A DNA stretch of 39,886 bases from Candidatus Geohabitans tengchongensis (GTDB taxonomy: Bacteria > Sysuimicrobiota > Sysuimicrobiia > Sysuimicrobiales > Humicultoraceae), in NCBI GenBank assembly GCA_031459625.1, contig JAVKIH010000022.1, positions 1-39,886 on the forward strand, read 5' to 3'. How positions within the stretch are numbered: the first letter of the stretch is position 1; every line of letters begins with the position of its first letter. The translations under genes were made by a program, and so were the position numbers. Positions 1 through 9,132 of this stretch are shown here, piece after piece. The notes beneath the pieces are model-generated. The model had not been told where the DNA came from. It did not search any database and saw nothing but the letters and a program-made list of their open reading frames with translations.

Positions 1-1
1 C

Positions 2-727
2 GGGCAGACGCGCTGGGGTACACACGGGAGTTTCATCACGGCGGTGGACAACATCTACATCAACCTGCTGCTGCCCTGGTGGGCCTGGAGGGAAACCGGG
101 GAGGCCTGGTACCGGGACCTGTGCGCGGCCCACGCGGACCGCACCGTGGAGTGGTTCATGCGTCCGGATGGATCCACGTGGGAATTCATCGACTTCCACC
201 CGGAGACCGGCGCCCCCCAGGGCCGGTGGACCTTGCTCGGCTACAGTGCCGACTCCACGTGGGCCCGCGGGCAGGCTTGGTTCATCCATGGCCTCGTCCT
301 GGCGTATCTGCACACGCGCTGGTCGCGCTACCTGGAGGCCCTGGAGCAGGCAGTGGGCTTCCTCATGGCCCACCGGGCCCCCACGGGCGTGCCCTGGTGG
401 GACCTCACAGACCCCAACATTCCCGCGTGCCCGGTGGACACCTCGGCCGCTGTCGTGGCGGCCGCGGGATTGGTGGAACTGGCAAGGGTCCTGGACGAGG
501 AGGCCCGGCTGCGCCCGCTGGCGCGGGCGGGGGTCGAGCTGGCGCGCTGTGTGGTCCAGGGCTACCTGACCCCCTTGGGACGCGGGGATCCCAGGCCACC
601 CGGCATGGTGCTCGCCGGCTGCTTCAACCGGAACGCCGGGGTGGCCCCCGAGCACGAGCTGTTGTGGGGAGACTTCTACTTGCTCGAGACCCTGCTGAGT
701 CTCAGGTCGACGGGATATAGAGGCTAG
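2..727 (+). CDS. Glycoside hydrolase family 88 (unsaturated glucuronyl hydrolase-like), 5'-truncated by window edge
   Basis: Frame is open from position 2 (GQTRWGTHGSFITAVDNIYINL). GH88-type motifs GYSADSTWARGQAW, DTSAAVVAA and LLWGDFYLLETL. Confidence 0.85.
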   Translation, partial: GQTRWGTHGSFITAVDNIYINLLLPWWAWRETGEAWYRDLCAAHADRTVEWFMRPDGSTWEFIDFHPETGAPQGRWTLLGYSADSTWARGQAWFIHGLVLAYLHTRWSRYLEALEQAVGFLMAHRAPTGVPWWDLTDPNIPACPVDTSAAVVAAAGLVELARVLDEEARLRPLARAGVELARCVVQGYLTPLGRGDPRPPGMVLAGCFNRNAGVAPEHELLWGDFYLLETLLSLRSTGYRG

Positions 728-760
728 ACCTTGCCGGGCTGAGGCGTCGGCGAGGGCGGG

Positions 761-1651
761 GTGGTTGCGGGCGTGGATCTGCCTGCTGTCCTTGGCCAGG
801 TTCTCGTGGGTCTCAGCCGGGCGATGATCCTGTTCATCGTCTCGGCGGGGCTCACCCTGATCCTGGGCGTCCTGCGGGTGCCCAACGTGTTCCACGGGTC
901 TCTGTACATGCTGGGCGCCTTCGTGGCGTGGACGGTGGCCGAGGCCGTCGGCGCCCACCCCGCGGGCCTGTGGCTGGCCCTGGCCGCCGCCCCCCTGGTC
1001 ACCGCGGCCGTGGGCCTGGTCCTGGAGCGGCTCCTGCTCTCGCGGCTGTACCACCGCGAGCACCTCATGCTCATCCTGTTCACCTTCGGGGTGATGCTGA
1101 TCCTCAATGACGCGGTGAAGCTGCTGTGGGGACCCACCTACCGGTCCCTGGTGCCGCCACCGTCGCTGCAGGGCGCGGTGACCGTCCTGGGGGTCGCCCT
1201 GCCCACGTTCAACCTGGTGCTGCTGGCTGCCGGGCCGCTGGTGGGTCTGGGCCTGTGGCTGTTCACCCACCGCACCCGGGCGGGCAGGGTTGCCAGGGCC
1301 GCCGCGACCGACCGGGACATGGTGGCGGTGCTGGGCGTGGACGTGAACCGGGTCTTCGGGATGGCCTTCGCCCTGGGCTGCTTCCTGGCCGGCCTGGGCG
1401 GGGCGTTGGTGGCGCCCACCACCAGCATCATGCTGGGCATGGACCACAGCTTGCTCATCGACAGCTTCCTCATCGTGATCGTGGGCGGCCTGGGCAACCT
1501 GTGGGGCGCCCTGGCGGGTTCCCTGCTATTCGGGGTCACCCAGTCTGTGGGCCTGCTGGTCTGGCCGCAGTTCGCCGTGGCGTTCCCCTACGCGGTCACC
1601 GCGGCGGTGCTGCTGGTGCGGCCCACAGGCCTGTTGCGGTCCGCGTGGTGA
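761..1651 (+). CDS. livH: Branched-chain amino acid ABC transporter permease (LivH-like)
   Basis: Hydrophobic protein with GLTLILGVLRVPNVFHGSLYMLGA, GRVARAAATDRDM and IVIVGGLGNLWGAL motifs. Confidence 0.9.
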   Translation: MVAGVDLPAVLGQVLVGLSRAMILFIVSAGLTLILGVLRVPNVFHGSLYMLGAFVAWTVAEAVGAHPAGLWLALAAAPLVTAAVGLVLERLLLSRLYHREHLMLILFTFGVMLILNDAVKLLWGPTYRSLVPPPSLQGAVTVLGVALPTFNLVLLAAGPLVGLGLWLFTHRTRAGRVARAAATDRDMVAVLGVDVNRVFGMAFALGCFLAGLGGALVAPTTSIMLGMDHSLLIDSFLIVIVGGLGNLWGALAGSLLFGVTQSVGLLVWPQFAVAFPYAVTAAVLLVRPTGLLRSAW

Positions 1652-2604
1652 GCGGCCGGATCCTCCTGGGGCTCGCATTGGCCGCGTTGGCGGCGGCTCC
1701 CGCGATCCTGCCGCCCTTCTTCCTGTACCTGCTGGCCCTGGTGCTGGTGACGGGGTTGCTGGCCACCAGTCTGAACCTGGTGCTCGGTTACGGGGGGCTG
1801 TACCAGTTCCACCACGGCGTGTTCTACGGGATCGGCGCATACACCGCCGCGGTGGGGATCACGCGCCTGGGCTGGCCCGTATGGCTGGCCTTCCTTTCGG
1901 GTCCGCTGGCCGCAGGGGTAGCGGGGCTCGTGATCGGCTTCTTCTGCGTGCGGCTGTCGCGCCTGTACTTCGGCATGCTGCAGCTGTCCCTCGGGTCCTT
2001 CGTGTGGATCGTGGCCCTGCGGTGGTACCCCGTCACGGGCGGAGACAACGGGATCCACGGGATCCCCCTGCCGCCCGTCCTGCAGACCCTTCCGGGCGCG
2101 TACGCCCTGGTGGCCGGGGGCGTGGCCGCCTCCCTGGGCGCCCTGTGGGCTGTGGTGCGGTCGCCCTTCGGGCTCACCCTGCAGGCCATCCGCGACAACC
2201 CGCAGCGGTCCGAGGTGATGGGCGTGGACGTGCGAATCCACCAGCTGGCGGCCATCGTGCTGGCGGCCTTCTTCGCGGGCGTAGCGGGGGTGCTGTACGT
2301 GGCCCTGGAGCGGTCCGTGTTCCCCAGCATGCTGTTCTGGGTCCTGTCCCTGGAGATCCTGGTGATGTGCCTGCTGGGCGGGTGGTTCACCTTCTCCGGG
2401 CCCCTGGTGGGCGCGGCGGTGGTGGTGGGGCTGCGGACCCTGTTGGGACGCCACACGGAGTACTGGACGCTCGCGCTGGGCATGCTGCTCATCCTCCTCA
2501 TCTTCTTCCTCCCCGAGGGCATCATGGGCCACCTGCAGCAACGGTGGACCGCGCACCGGACCCCCTCCGCCCGGCCGGCGACCGCGGGAAACGTCCGTGG
2601 CTGA
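1648..2604 (+). CDS. livM: Branched-chain amino acid ABC transporter permease (LivM-like)
   Basis: GTG start at 1648 overlaps the livH stop (GTGA). Motifs SLNLVLGYGG, TGGDNGIHGIP, SPFGLTLQAIRDNP, LLGG..GPLVGA. Confidence 0.9.
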   Translation: MSGRILLGLALAALAAAPAILPPFFLYLLALVLVTGLLATSLNLVLGYGGLYQFHHGVFYGIGAYTAAVGITRLGWPVWLAFLSGPLAAGVAGLVIGFFCVRLSRLYFGMLQLSLGSFVWIVALRWYPVTGGDNGIHGIPLPPVLQTLPGAYALVAGGVAASLGALWAVVRSPFGLTLQAIRDNPQRSEVMGVDVRIHQLAAIVLAAFFAGVAGVLYVALERSVFPSMLFWVLSLEILVMCLLGGWFTFSGPLVGAAVVVGLRTLLGRHTEYWTLALGMLLILLIFFLPEGIMGHLQQRWTAHRTPSARPATAGNVRG

Positions 2605-4081
2605 ACTGCTCCGCGTCGACGACCTGCACCGCTCCTTCCAGAGGTTTCCCGCGGTGCGCGGGGCCTCCCTGTCCGTGCACGCGGGCGAGGTGGTGGCGGT
2701 CATCGGGCCCAACGGCGCGGGCAAGACCACCCTCTTCAACCTCGTCACGGGAGTCCTGCGGCCGGATCGGGGCCGGGTGGTGTTCGGCGGGGTGGACGTG
2801 ACCCGCTGGCCCGCCCACCGCCGGTGCCGCGCCGGTGTAGGGCGCACCTTTCAGATCGCCAACGTGTTCTCGCGGCTGTCGGTGTTCGAGAACGTGCACG
2901 CCGCGTGCCTGGCCCACGCCCGCAAGGGCTTTGAGCTGGTCCGGCCCGCGAGCCGGTTCGCGGTGGACCAGACCCGGGAAATCCTGGAGGTGACGGGCCT
3001 GCACGGCCAATCGCACCGGCTGGCGGGGACCCTGTCCCACGGGGACCAGCGCATCCTGGAAATCGCCCTGGCCCTGGCCAGCCGACCGCGGCTGCTGGTG
3101 CTGGACGAGCCCACCGCGGGGATGTCCCCTGAGGAGACCGCCTCCACCCTGCAGCTCATCACCCGCCTGAACCGGGAACGGGGGCTTTCGGTCCTGTTCT
3201 GCGAGCACGACATGGAGGTGGTGTTCTCCACCGCCCACCGCGTGGTGGTCATGCACCAGGGACGGACCATCGCTGCCGGGTCCCCCGACCAGGTCCGGGC
3301 CGACCCGGAGGTGCAGCGAGCCTACCTGGGTGGCGAGGAGGCCGAGGCCCCGGCGGTCCGCTCCGAGACCGCGGGCAGGGCAGGCAAACCCCTGCTCCAG
3401 GCGGAGGGGCTACACACCTACTACGGGTTGAGCCACGTGCTGTTCGACGTCTCGTTGCAGGTGCGGGAGGGCGAGGCGGTCTTCCTGCTGGGCCGCAACG
3501 GCGCGGGGAAGAGCACCACCCTGAAGAGCGTGGTGGGGCTGGTGCCGCCCCGGCGCGGGGCCGTCCGCTACCGGGACCGGGACGTGGTGGGGCTGCCGCC
3601 CCACACGGTGGCCCGCCTGGGCGCGGGGTACGTGCCCGACGACCGGCGCATCTTCCCCGACCTGACGGTGTGGGAGAACCTGGAGGTGGCCGCCCGCGGC
3701 CAGGGGTACTGGACTTTCGACCGCGTCTTCGAGCTGTTCCCGGTCCTGCGGGAGAAGCGGCACCACCGGGGCAGCCACCTCTCGGGGGGCGAGCAGAAGA
3801 TGCTGGCCATCGCCCGTGCGCTGGTGGGCAATCCGGACCTCCTCCTGCTGGACGAGCCCATGGAGGGGCTTGCGCCGCGGCTGGTCCGGGTCCTGGAGGA
3901 TCGCATCCGCCAGCTCAAAGCCACCGGCCTCACCGTGCTGCTGGCCGAACAGAACGTGGGGGCGGCGCTGCGGCTCGCGGACCGCGGCTACGTCATCGAC
4001 GATGGCCGGATCCGGTTCGAGGGCACCGTGGAGGCCCTGCAGGCGAACCACGAGGTGCGACGGCGCTACCTGCTGTTGTGA
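2597..4081 (+). CDS. Fused LivG-LivF ABC ATP-binding protein (two ATPase domains)
   Basis: Domain 1: GPNGAGKT, LSHGD, LDEP, ending DPEVQRAYLG. Ala/Pro linker. Domain 2: GRNGAGKS, LSGGE, LDEP, ending VRRRYL. Confidence 0.9.
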   Translation: MAELLRVDDLHRSFQRFPAVRGASLSVHAGEVVAVIGPNGAGKTTLFNLVTGVLRPDRGRVVFGGVDVTRWPAHRRCRAGVGRTFQIANVFSRLSVFENVHAACLAHARKGFELVRPASRFAVDQTREILEVTGLHGQSHRLAGTLSHGDQRILEIALALASRPRLLVLDEPTAGMSPEETASTLQLITRLNRERGLSVLFCEHDMEVVFSTAHRVVVMHQGRTIAAGSPDQVRADPEVQRAYLGGEEAEAPAVRSETAGRAGKPLLQAEGLHTYYGLSHVLFDVSLQVREGEAVFLLGRNGAGKSTTLKSVVGLVPPRRGAVRYRDRDVVGLPPHTVARLGAGYVPDDRRIFPDLTVWENLEVAARGQGYWTFDRVFELFPVLREKRHHRGSHLSGGEQKMLAIARALVGNPDLLLLDEPMEGLAPRLVRVLEDRIRQLKATGLTVLLAEQNVGAALRLADRGYVIDDGRIRFEGTVEALQANHEVRRRYLLL

Positions 4082-4127
4082 GGCGCGCGTCCACCACAGC
4101 GATGTCCGCCACGATGTGGTCACCGCC

Positions 4128-5375
4128 CTACAGCCCGCTCCCGGCCAGGTCCAGCACCAGGTCCAGCAACACCTGCGCCCCCTGGGCCGCGCTCCTCCAG
4201 GTGACGAACTCGTCCTCAGCGTGGCTCACGCCGCCCCGACAGGGGACGAAGATCATGGCGGTGGGTCCGAGGTCCGCCATGTACTTGGCATCGTGGCCGG
4301 CACCGGAGGTCAGGCGCAGGACAGGGAGCCCGCGCCGCCGGGCCGCGGCCTCGACCCGTTCCACCACCGCGGAGGGAAACCGCGTCGGCTCGGTGAACTG
4401 GAGCCGCTCGTGGTGGACCGTGTATCCCCGCGCGGCCAGGGCCTCGGTGCCGGTGTGGAAGGCTGTGGCGGCCGCCTCCAGCGTCTCCCGGTCCGGCGCG
4501 CGCAGGTCCAGGGTGAAGGTGACCTGTTCGGGGATGACGTTCACCGCCCCGGGGAGGACCGTCAACGCCCCGACTGTCGCCCGCACGTCCCGACCGAACT
4601 CGTCGGGTAGCCGGGCGGCGGCGAGCACCCGCTCGGCTGCGGCCAGGAGCGCGTCGCACCGCCGGTCCATGGGCGTGGTCCCGGCGTGGCCGGCGCGGCC
4701 GGTGAGGGTGTAGCGGGACCAGACGATGCCGTCGATCCCCTCCACCGCGCCGATGGCCGCACCGGCGTCCTCCAGCCGGGGGCCCTGTTCGATGTGCAGC
4801 TCCAGGTAGGCGGCGAAGCGGCTCACCCGGGCCGCGGGCTCCCCGCGGTAGCCGATCCGCTCCAGGGCTTCGCCGAAGGTCACGCCGGTGGCGTCAGTGC
4901 GGCTGTCTGCGAAGGCCCGGTCGAACCGCCCGGCCACGACACCGCTGCCGAGCATGCCGGGCTGGAAGCGCACGCCCTCCTCGTTGGTCCAGTTGACCAC
5001 CACCAGCGGGCGGGCGGTGCGCACGCCGGCGTCCTGGAGGCTACGGACCACCTCGAGCGCGGCCGCCACGCCGAGCGCCCCGTCGAACCGCCCGCCGCGG
5101 ATCACCGTGTCGAGGTGGGAGCCGAAGAGGACCGGGTCGGCCTGCGGAGTGGTCCCGGGACGGTGGCCGTACAGGTTGCCCACGTCGTCGACGCGGACGG
5201 CCAGCCCGGCATCCGCCATCCAGGCGGCCAGCAGGTCGCGCGCGGCCCGGTCCTCGTCCGACAGTGCTAGGCGCGTGACGCCGCCCCCGGCTGTCGCCCC
5301 GATCTCGGCCAGGCGCTCCAGCGTCTGCCGCAGCCGGGCCTCGTTCACCTGGATGTCCCTGGCGTCTGCCCGCAT
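4128..5375 (-). CDS. M20 family Zn-dependent amidohydrolase (allantoate amidohydrolase / N-carbamoyl-L-amino acid hydrolase-like)
   Basis: Motifs GSHLDTV..GGRFDGALGV, NEEGVRF, ELHIEQGP, HAGTTPM, SGAGHDA, GVSHAEDE. Start is ATG 5375 or GTG 5384 after a G-rich SD. Confidence 0.9.
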   Translation of the reverse strand: MRADARDIQVNEARLRQTLERLAEIGATAGGGVTRLALSDEDRAARDLLAAWMADAGLAVRVDDVGNLYGHRPGTTPQADPVLFGSHLDTVIRGGRFDGALGVAAALEVVRSLQDAGVRTARPLVVVNWTNEEGVRFQPGMLGSGVVAGRFDRAFADSRTDATGVTFGEALERIGYRGEPAARVSRFAAYLELHIEQGPRLEDAGAAIGAVEGIDGIVWSRYTLTGRAGHAGTTPMDRRCDALLAAAERVLAAARLPDEFGRDVRATVGALTVLPGAVNVIPEQVTFTLDLRAPDRETLEAAATAFHTGTEALAARGYTVHHERLQFTEPTRFPSAVVERVEAAARRRGLPVLRLTSGAGHDAKYMADLGPTAMIFVPCRGGVSHAEDEFVTWRSAAQGAQVLLDLVLDLAGSGL

Positions 5376-5484
5376 CCGGTCCACGCCCCCTCCCTCCCAC
5401 TTGGTCGGATGATCAGAACCCCGCCGCGCGGCGGCCGGGCCTTTGCTGGGGTCACAGGGCCGCCACGGGACGACCGACACGCGA

Positions 5485-5516
5485 AGGCCCCGACCCGGCG
5501 TCGCGGGTCAGGGCCT
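5485..5516 (-). terminator. GC-rich hairpin immediately 3' of tRNA-Arg
   Basis: AGGCCCCGACCCG-GCGTCG-CGGGTCAGGGCCT imperfect stem. U-tract is weak. Confidence 0.45.
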
Positions 5517-5523
5517 CGGCGCC

Positions 5524-5600
5524 TGGCGGGCCCGGAGGGACTCGAACCCCCACGTGACGACTTAGAAGGTCGTGGCTCTATCCGATTGAGCTACGGGCCC
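5524..5600 (-). tRNA. tRNA-Arg (anticodon TCT)
   Basis: Reverse complement GGGCCCGTAGCTCAATCGGATAGAGCCACGACCTTCTAAGTCGTCACGTGGGGGTTCGAGTCCCTCCGGGCCCGCCA. 77 nt cloverleaf, TTCGA T-loop, encoded CCA. Confidence 0.97.
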
Positions 5601-5614
5601 GCACCACTGCCTTC

Positions 5615-5620
5615 AGTATA
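5615..5620 (-). promoter_or_regulatory. -10 element (TATACT) of tRNA-Arg promoter
   Basis: TATACT lies 14 nt upstream of the tRNA 5' end in an otherwise GC-rich context. Confidence 0.55.
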
Positions 5621-5689
5621 CCGGACGCGCCGACCACGTGGTCGGCACCCTGGACGTCCTGCCGGGCCCCGACGGCTCCGCCGGGTCCG

Positions 5690-7036
5690 TCAGGCCGCCG
5701 CCTGCATGCCCAAGGCTCGGGCGCCGAGCAGCTGCAGGGCGGCGAGCAGCGCCCGGTCATCGTCTGAGCCGATGGCCCCGCCCGCCGCCTCGGCCTCGAT
5801 GCCCGGCTGGATCCCCATGCCATCCACCAGCGTGCCGTGGGGGGTGAGGTAGCGGGCCACGCTGAGGCGCAGCACGGAGCCGCCCGGGAGGCGACGCGTC
5901 ACCTGCACCGTCCCTTTGCCGAACGTCCGCACCCCGACCACGGGCGCGCCCGCGTCCTGCAGCGCTCCCGCCACCATCTCTGCGGCGCTGGCGCTCTCCC
6001 GGTCCACCAGCACCACCACCGGCCCCGACCAGCGCACCGGCATGGGCACAGCCGGGTAGCGGGCGCGGTCGCCCCGCCGGTCCACCAGCGTCGTGACCAG
6101 CGCGCCGGGGGCGAGGAAGAGGCTGGCCACGCGGACCGCCTCCTCCACGTACCCGCCCGGGTTGCCGCGCAGGTCCAGGATCACGCCGGTGAGCGGGGCG
6201 CGCATGAGCTCGGCCAGGACCGCGGCGGCCTCCTCGCCGGCCCCCTGCTCGAACTCCCGCAGGCGCATGTACCCAACCGTCTCGATGCGCCGGTAGGTGG
6301 TGAGCGTCACCCCGATGAGCTCGCGCACCAGCGTGACCACGACATCGTGGCCGCCCCGGCGCAGGCGGATGGTCACGGTGGTCCCCGGCAGGCCCCGCAG
6401 CCGGCGCACCACGTCCTGGGGCGGCATGCCCACGGTGGAGCGCCCGTCCACCTCCATGACGATGTCCCCGCGGCGCACCCCTGCCCGCTGGGCCGGTCCG
6501 CCCTCGGTCACCTGCGTCACCACCGGCGGGTGGACGGTCAAGTCGAGCACAACCCCGACGCCACCGTAGCCCGCCGGCTGCACCTGGCGGCCGGTGGTGG
6601 GATGGAGTAGCCGGGTGAAGGGGTCCTCCAGAGCGCGGATCATCCCCTCGATGGCCGCATGGCCGGCGTCCAGCGCCAGCGCCGGCGTCCCGAGCCGCAT
6701 CCCCACACGGGCGACCGCCTCGCGTACCGCGGGCAGGTCCCGGCTCTCCACCCCAGAGAGCGTGACGGCGATGTACGCCATCCCCCGGTCGCGCAGGAAG
6801 AGGTTGAGCCCGTTCACCGCCGCCTGGAGGAGGTCACGCGGGGGCAGGATCCGGAGGTGCTGGCGGCTCAGGATGAGGTAGGCGGCCTCGAAGGCCTGGG
6901 CCCCCAGGTCCAGCGTCTGTGCCCACGCCGGGGGGGCGGGCTCGACGGGCGTCTGGGCCCGGACCGCGGGAGCCGGTCCGGCGAGGGTCAGGGCGACCAG
7001 GAGGGCGAGCGCCTGAGCCAGGGCCCCGCCGGCCAT
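5690..7036 (-). CDS. S41 family C-terminal processing peptidase (CtpA-like) with signal peptide and PDZ domain
   Basis: N-terminal signal peptide, PDZ (GGVGVVL..GPAQRAGVRRGD), LDLRGNPGG, catalytic SASAAE and TFGKGTVQ. Confidence 0.92.
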   Translation of the reverse strand: MAGGALAQALALLVALTLAGPAPAVRAQTPVEPAPPAWAQTLDLGAQAFEAAYLILSRQHLRILPPRDLLQAAVNGLNLFLRDRGMAYIAVTLSGVESRDLPAVREAVARVGMRLGTPALALDAGHAAIEGMIRALEDPFTRLLHPTTGRQVQPAGYGGVGVVLDLTVHPPVVTQVTEGGPAQRAGVRRGDIVMEVDGRSTVGMPPQDVVRRLRGLPGTTVTIRLRRGGHDVVVTLVRELIGVTLTTYRRIETVGYMRLREFEQGAGEEAAAVLAELMRAPLTGVILDLRGNPGGYVEEAVRVASLFLAPGALVTTLVDRRGDRARYPAVPMPVRWSGPVVVLVDRESASAAEMVAGALQDAGAPVVGVRTFGKGTVQVTRRLPGGSVLRLSVARYLTPHGTLVDGMGIQPGIEAEAAGGAIGSDDDRALLAALQLLGARALGMQAAA

Positions 7037-7039
7037 GGG

Positions 7040-8023
7040 TCAGGCGACCCGGTGCACGCTGAGGAAGGAGAGCACGAGGGCGCCGAGCAGCAGCAGACCC
7101 GCTGCGGCCGCGCCCAGGCCCGTCACCTCGGTCGGCCGCCGCTCCCACCCGATGGACCGGCCCAGGCTGCGGTAGACGCGCCGCAACTCGCCGACCGTCG
7201 TGGTCCGGTAGTAGGCGCCGCCGGTGATCTCGGCCATCTCCTTCAGCGTCGCCTCGTCCAGCCGCACCCAGATGCTGCGCCCGCCCAGCGTGAGGAAGGT
7301 CCCCTCCGGCGTCCCCACGCCCACCGTGTAGACCTTCACCTGCTGGTCGCGGGCGATGCGGGCGGCCTCGTGGGGTAAGACTCCCCGGTTGCTCTGCCCG
7401 TCCGACAGGAGCACTACCGTGGCGGGCGGCAGGGGGCGCGCCGGCGGCGGCGGAGGCTGGGAGAGGTCGGCGGGGCGCTCGCGTCCCGGCAGCGCCCAGA
7501 CCGCTTCGAGCAGCCCGTCCCCGATGGCGGTGGCGAATTCGGTGGCCAGCATGCCGATGGCGTCGAGCACGCGGCCGTGGTCGGTCGTGGGCGGGACGAT
7601 CAGGGTGGCGTAGGAGCTGAACGTCACCAGTCCGACGCGCAGGCCGTGCGGCAGCGTCCGGACGAACTCCTGCGCCGCCGCCTTGGCCGCCTCCATGCGG
7701 TTGGGCGGCAGGTCCTGCGCCAGCATGGAGCGGCTGACGTCGATGGAGAGCATCACCACCGTCCGAGTGGAGGGGACCGGCATGGGGGCCACCGGCCGCG
7801 CCACAGCGAGGATGACCGCGGCCAGGGCGGCCAGGAAGAGGGCCGCCGGGAAGTGCCGGCGCCAGCGGACGCCGCGTGCCGCCGCGGCCGCCAGGGTCGC
7901 CCCGCCGGCGAAGGTCACCGGATGGCGGGGGGGACGTCGCAGCCACCACACGTACCCGGCCGCCAGCGCGGGGACGAGGCACAGCCCCCACAGCATGCTC
8001 GGCCACAGGAAGGTCACGGTCAC
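7040..8023 (-). CDS. Membrane-anchored VWA domain protein (BatA/BatB-like)
   Basis: GTG 8023 overlaps upstream TGA. N-terminal F.WP..LW TM segment, MIDAS DVSRS, TAIGDGL, LLSDG, C-terminal TM. Confidence 0.88.
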   Translation of the reverse strand: MTVTFLWPSMLWGLCLVPALAAGYVWWLRRPPRHPVTFAGGATLAAAAARGVRWRRHFPAALFLAALAAVILAVARPVAPMPVPSTRTVVMLSIDVSRSMLAQDLPPNRMEAAKAAAQEFVRTLPHGLRVGLVTFSSYATLIVPPTTDHGRVLDAIGMLATEFATAIGDGLLEAVWALPGRERPADLSQPPPPPARPLPPATVVLLSDGQSNRGVLPHEAARIARDQQVKVYTVGVGTPEGTFLTLGGRSIWVRLDEATLKEMAEITGGAYYRTTTVGELRRVYRSLGRSIGWERRPTEVTGLGAAAAGLLLLGALVLSFLSVHRVA

Positions 8024-9120
8024 GGCAGCCGCCGGAACCACCACAGCGAGAGGAGCCCGCCGGCCAGCATCAGCGCGCCCGCCGTCCCGCTGAGCAGGGA
8101 GGTGATCTCCGTGCGCCGACGCTCCCAGCCGATCGACCGTCCGAGCTGGCGGGCGATCCGGCGCAGCGCCTCCCGGTCGGTGGCGGCGAAGTATTCGCCT
8201 CCCGTGGCCTGGGCCACCTGCTGGAGCAGCGTCGGGTCGAAGGGGACGAAGACGAGCCGTCCCTGGTGGGTCATCACCGTGCCGCCGGGTTGGCCCATCC
8301 CCACGGCGAAGATCTTCACCCGCGCCTCACTGGCCAGGGCGGCGGCGGCGCGCGGATCGGCGCCCAGGTTGCTCACCCCGTCCGAGAAGATGACGATGGC
8401 CGCCGGGGGCAGCTCGCTCACGTCGGGTGGCGGGCCGGACGGCGTGGGCGCCGGCCCGGGGGCGCCGGGAGCGGGCGCGCCGGGGGCTGGGACGCCAAAG
8501 GGCCCGGGGGCGCCCGGCGCGCCGGGCGCCGACTGCGGTCCCGGGCCACGGAGCTGGCGCAGCCGGTCGCCCAGGAAGCGCTCGCGCAGGGGCAGGACGC
8601 GCAGAGCCTCGGCGATGGCCGACCCCACCGCCGTGGCCTGGCGGGGCCGCAGCTCGCGCAGCGCCTCCTCGAAGGCCTGCCGGTCGGTGGTCGGCGGGAC
8701 CAGCACCGTGCCGTAGTCGCTGAAGGCCACCAGGCCCACGAGCGTGCTGCCGGGGATGGCGCGCACGAGCGTGCGGGCCGCCTCCCGCGCCGCCTCCAGG
8801 CGCGTCGGCTTGACATCCTCGGCCATCATACTCCCGCTGGTGTCGATGGCGATGACCAGCGCGGCGCGGTTCACCGGCAGCGGGATGGCGGCGCTGGGCC
8901 GCGCCATCGCCACCACGAGGAAGAGGACGGCCAGGAAGTAGCAGGCCATGGGCAGGTGGCGCCGCCACGCCGCAGCCGGCCGGAAGAGAGCCGGCAGCAG
9001 GTGGAGGTCGGCCAGGCGCTGCTGGACGGTGCGCTGGCGGCGACCCATCCAGGCGTAGCCCCACGCGAGGAGCGGCAGGGCCACCAGCCCCCACAGCATC
9101 ATCGGCCAGCCGAAGTCCAT
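8020..9120 (-). CDS. Membrane-anchored VWA domain protein (BatA/BatB-like) with Pro/Gly-rich insertion
   Basis: MIDAS DTSGS, TAVGSAI, IFSDG. PGAPGAPGP low-complexity insert. TM segments at both ends. Confidence 0.88.
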   Translation of the reverse strand: MDFGWPMMLWGLVALPLLAWGYAWMGRRQRTVQQRLADLHLLPALFRPAAAWRRHLPMACYFLAVLFLVVAMARPSAAIPLPVNRAALVIAIDTSGSMMAEDVKPTRLEAAREAARTLVRAIPGSTLVGLVAFSDYGTVLVPPTTDRQAFEEALRELRPRQATAVGSAIAEALRVLPLRERFLGDRLRQLRGPGPQSAPGAPGAPGPFGVPAPGAPAPGAPGPAPTPSGPPPDVSELPPAAIVIFSDGVSNLGADPRAAAALASEARVKIFAVGMGQPGGTVMTHQGRLVFVPFDPTLLQQVAQATGGEYFAATDREALRRIARQLGRSIGWERRRTEITSLLSGTAGALMLAGGLLSLWWFRRLP

Positions 9121-9132
9121 GCGCCTCCCCCG

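Noticed and set aside
5524..5600. tRNA-Arg and tRNA-Pro (33905-33981) as island integration sites
   Set aside because: No integrase and no duplicated tRNA 3' end (att) found. Flanking genes are ordinary chromosomal genes.
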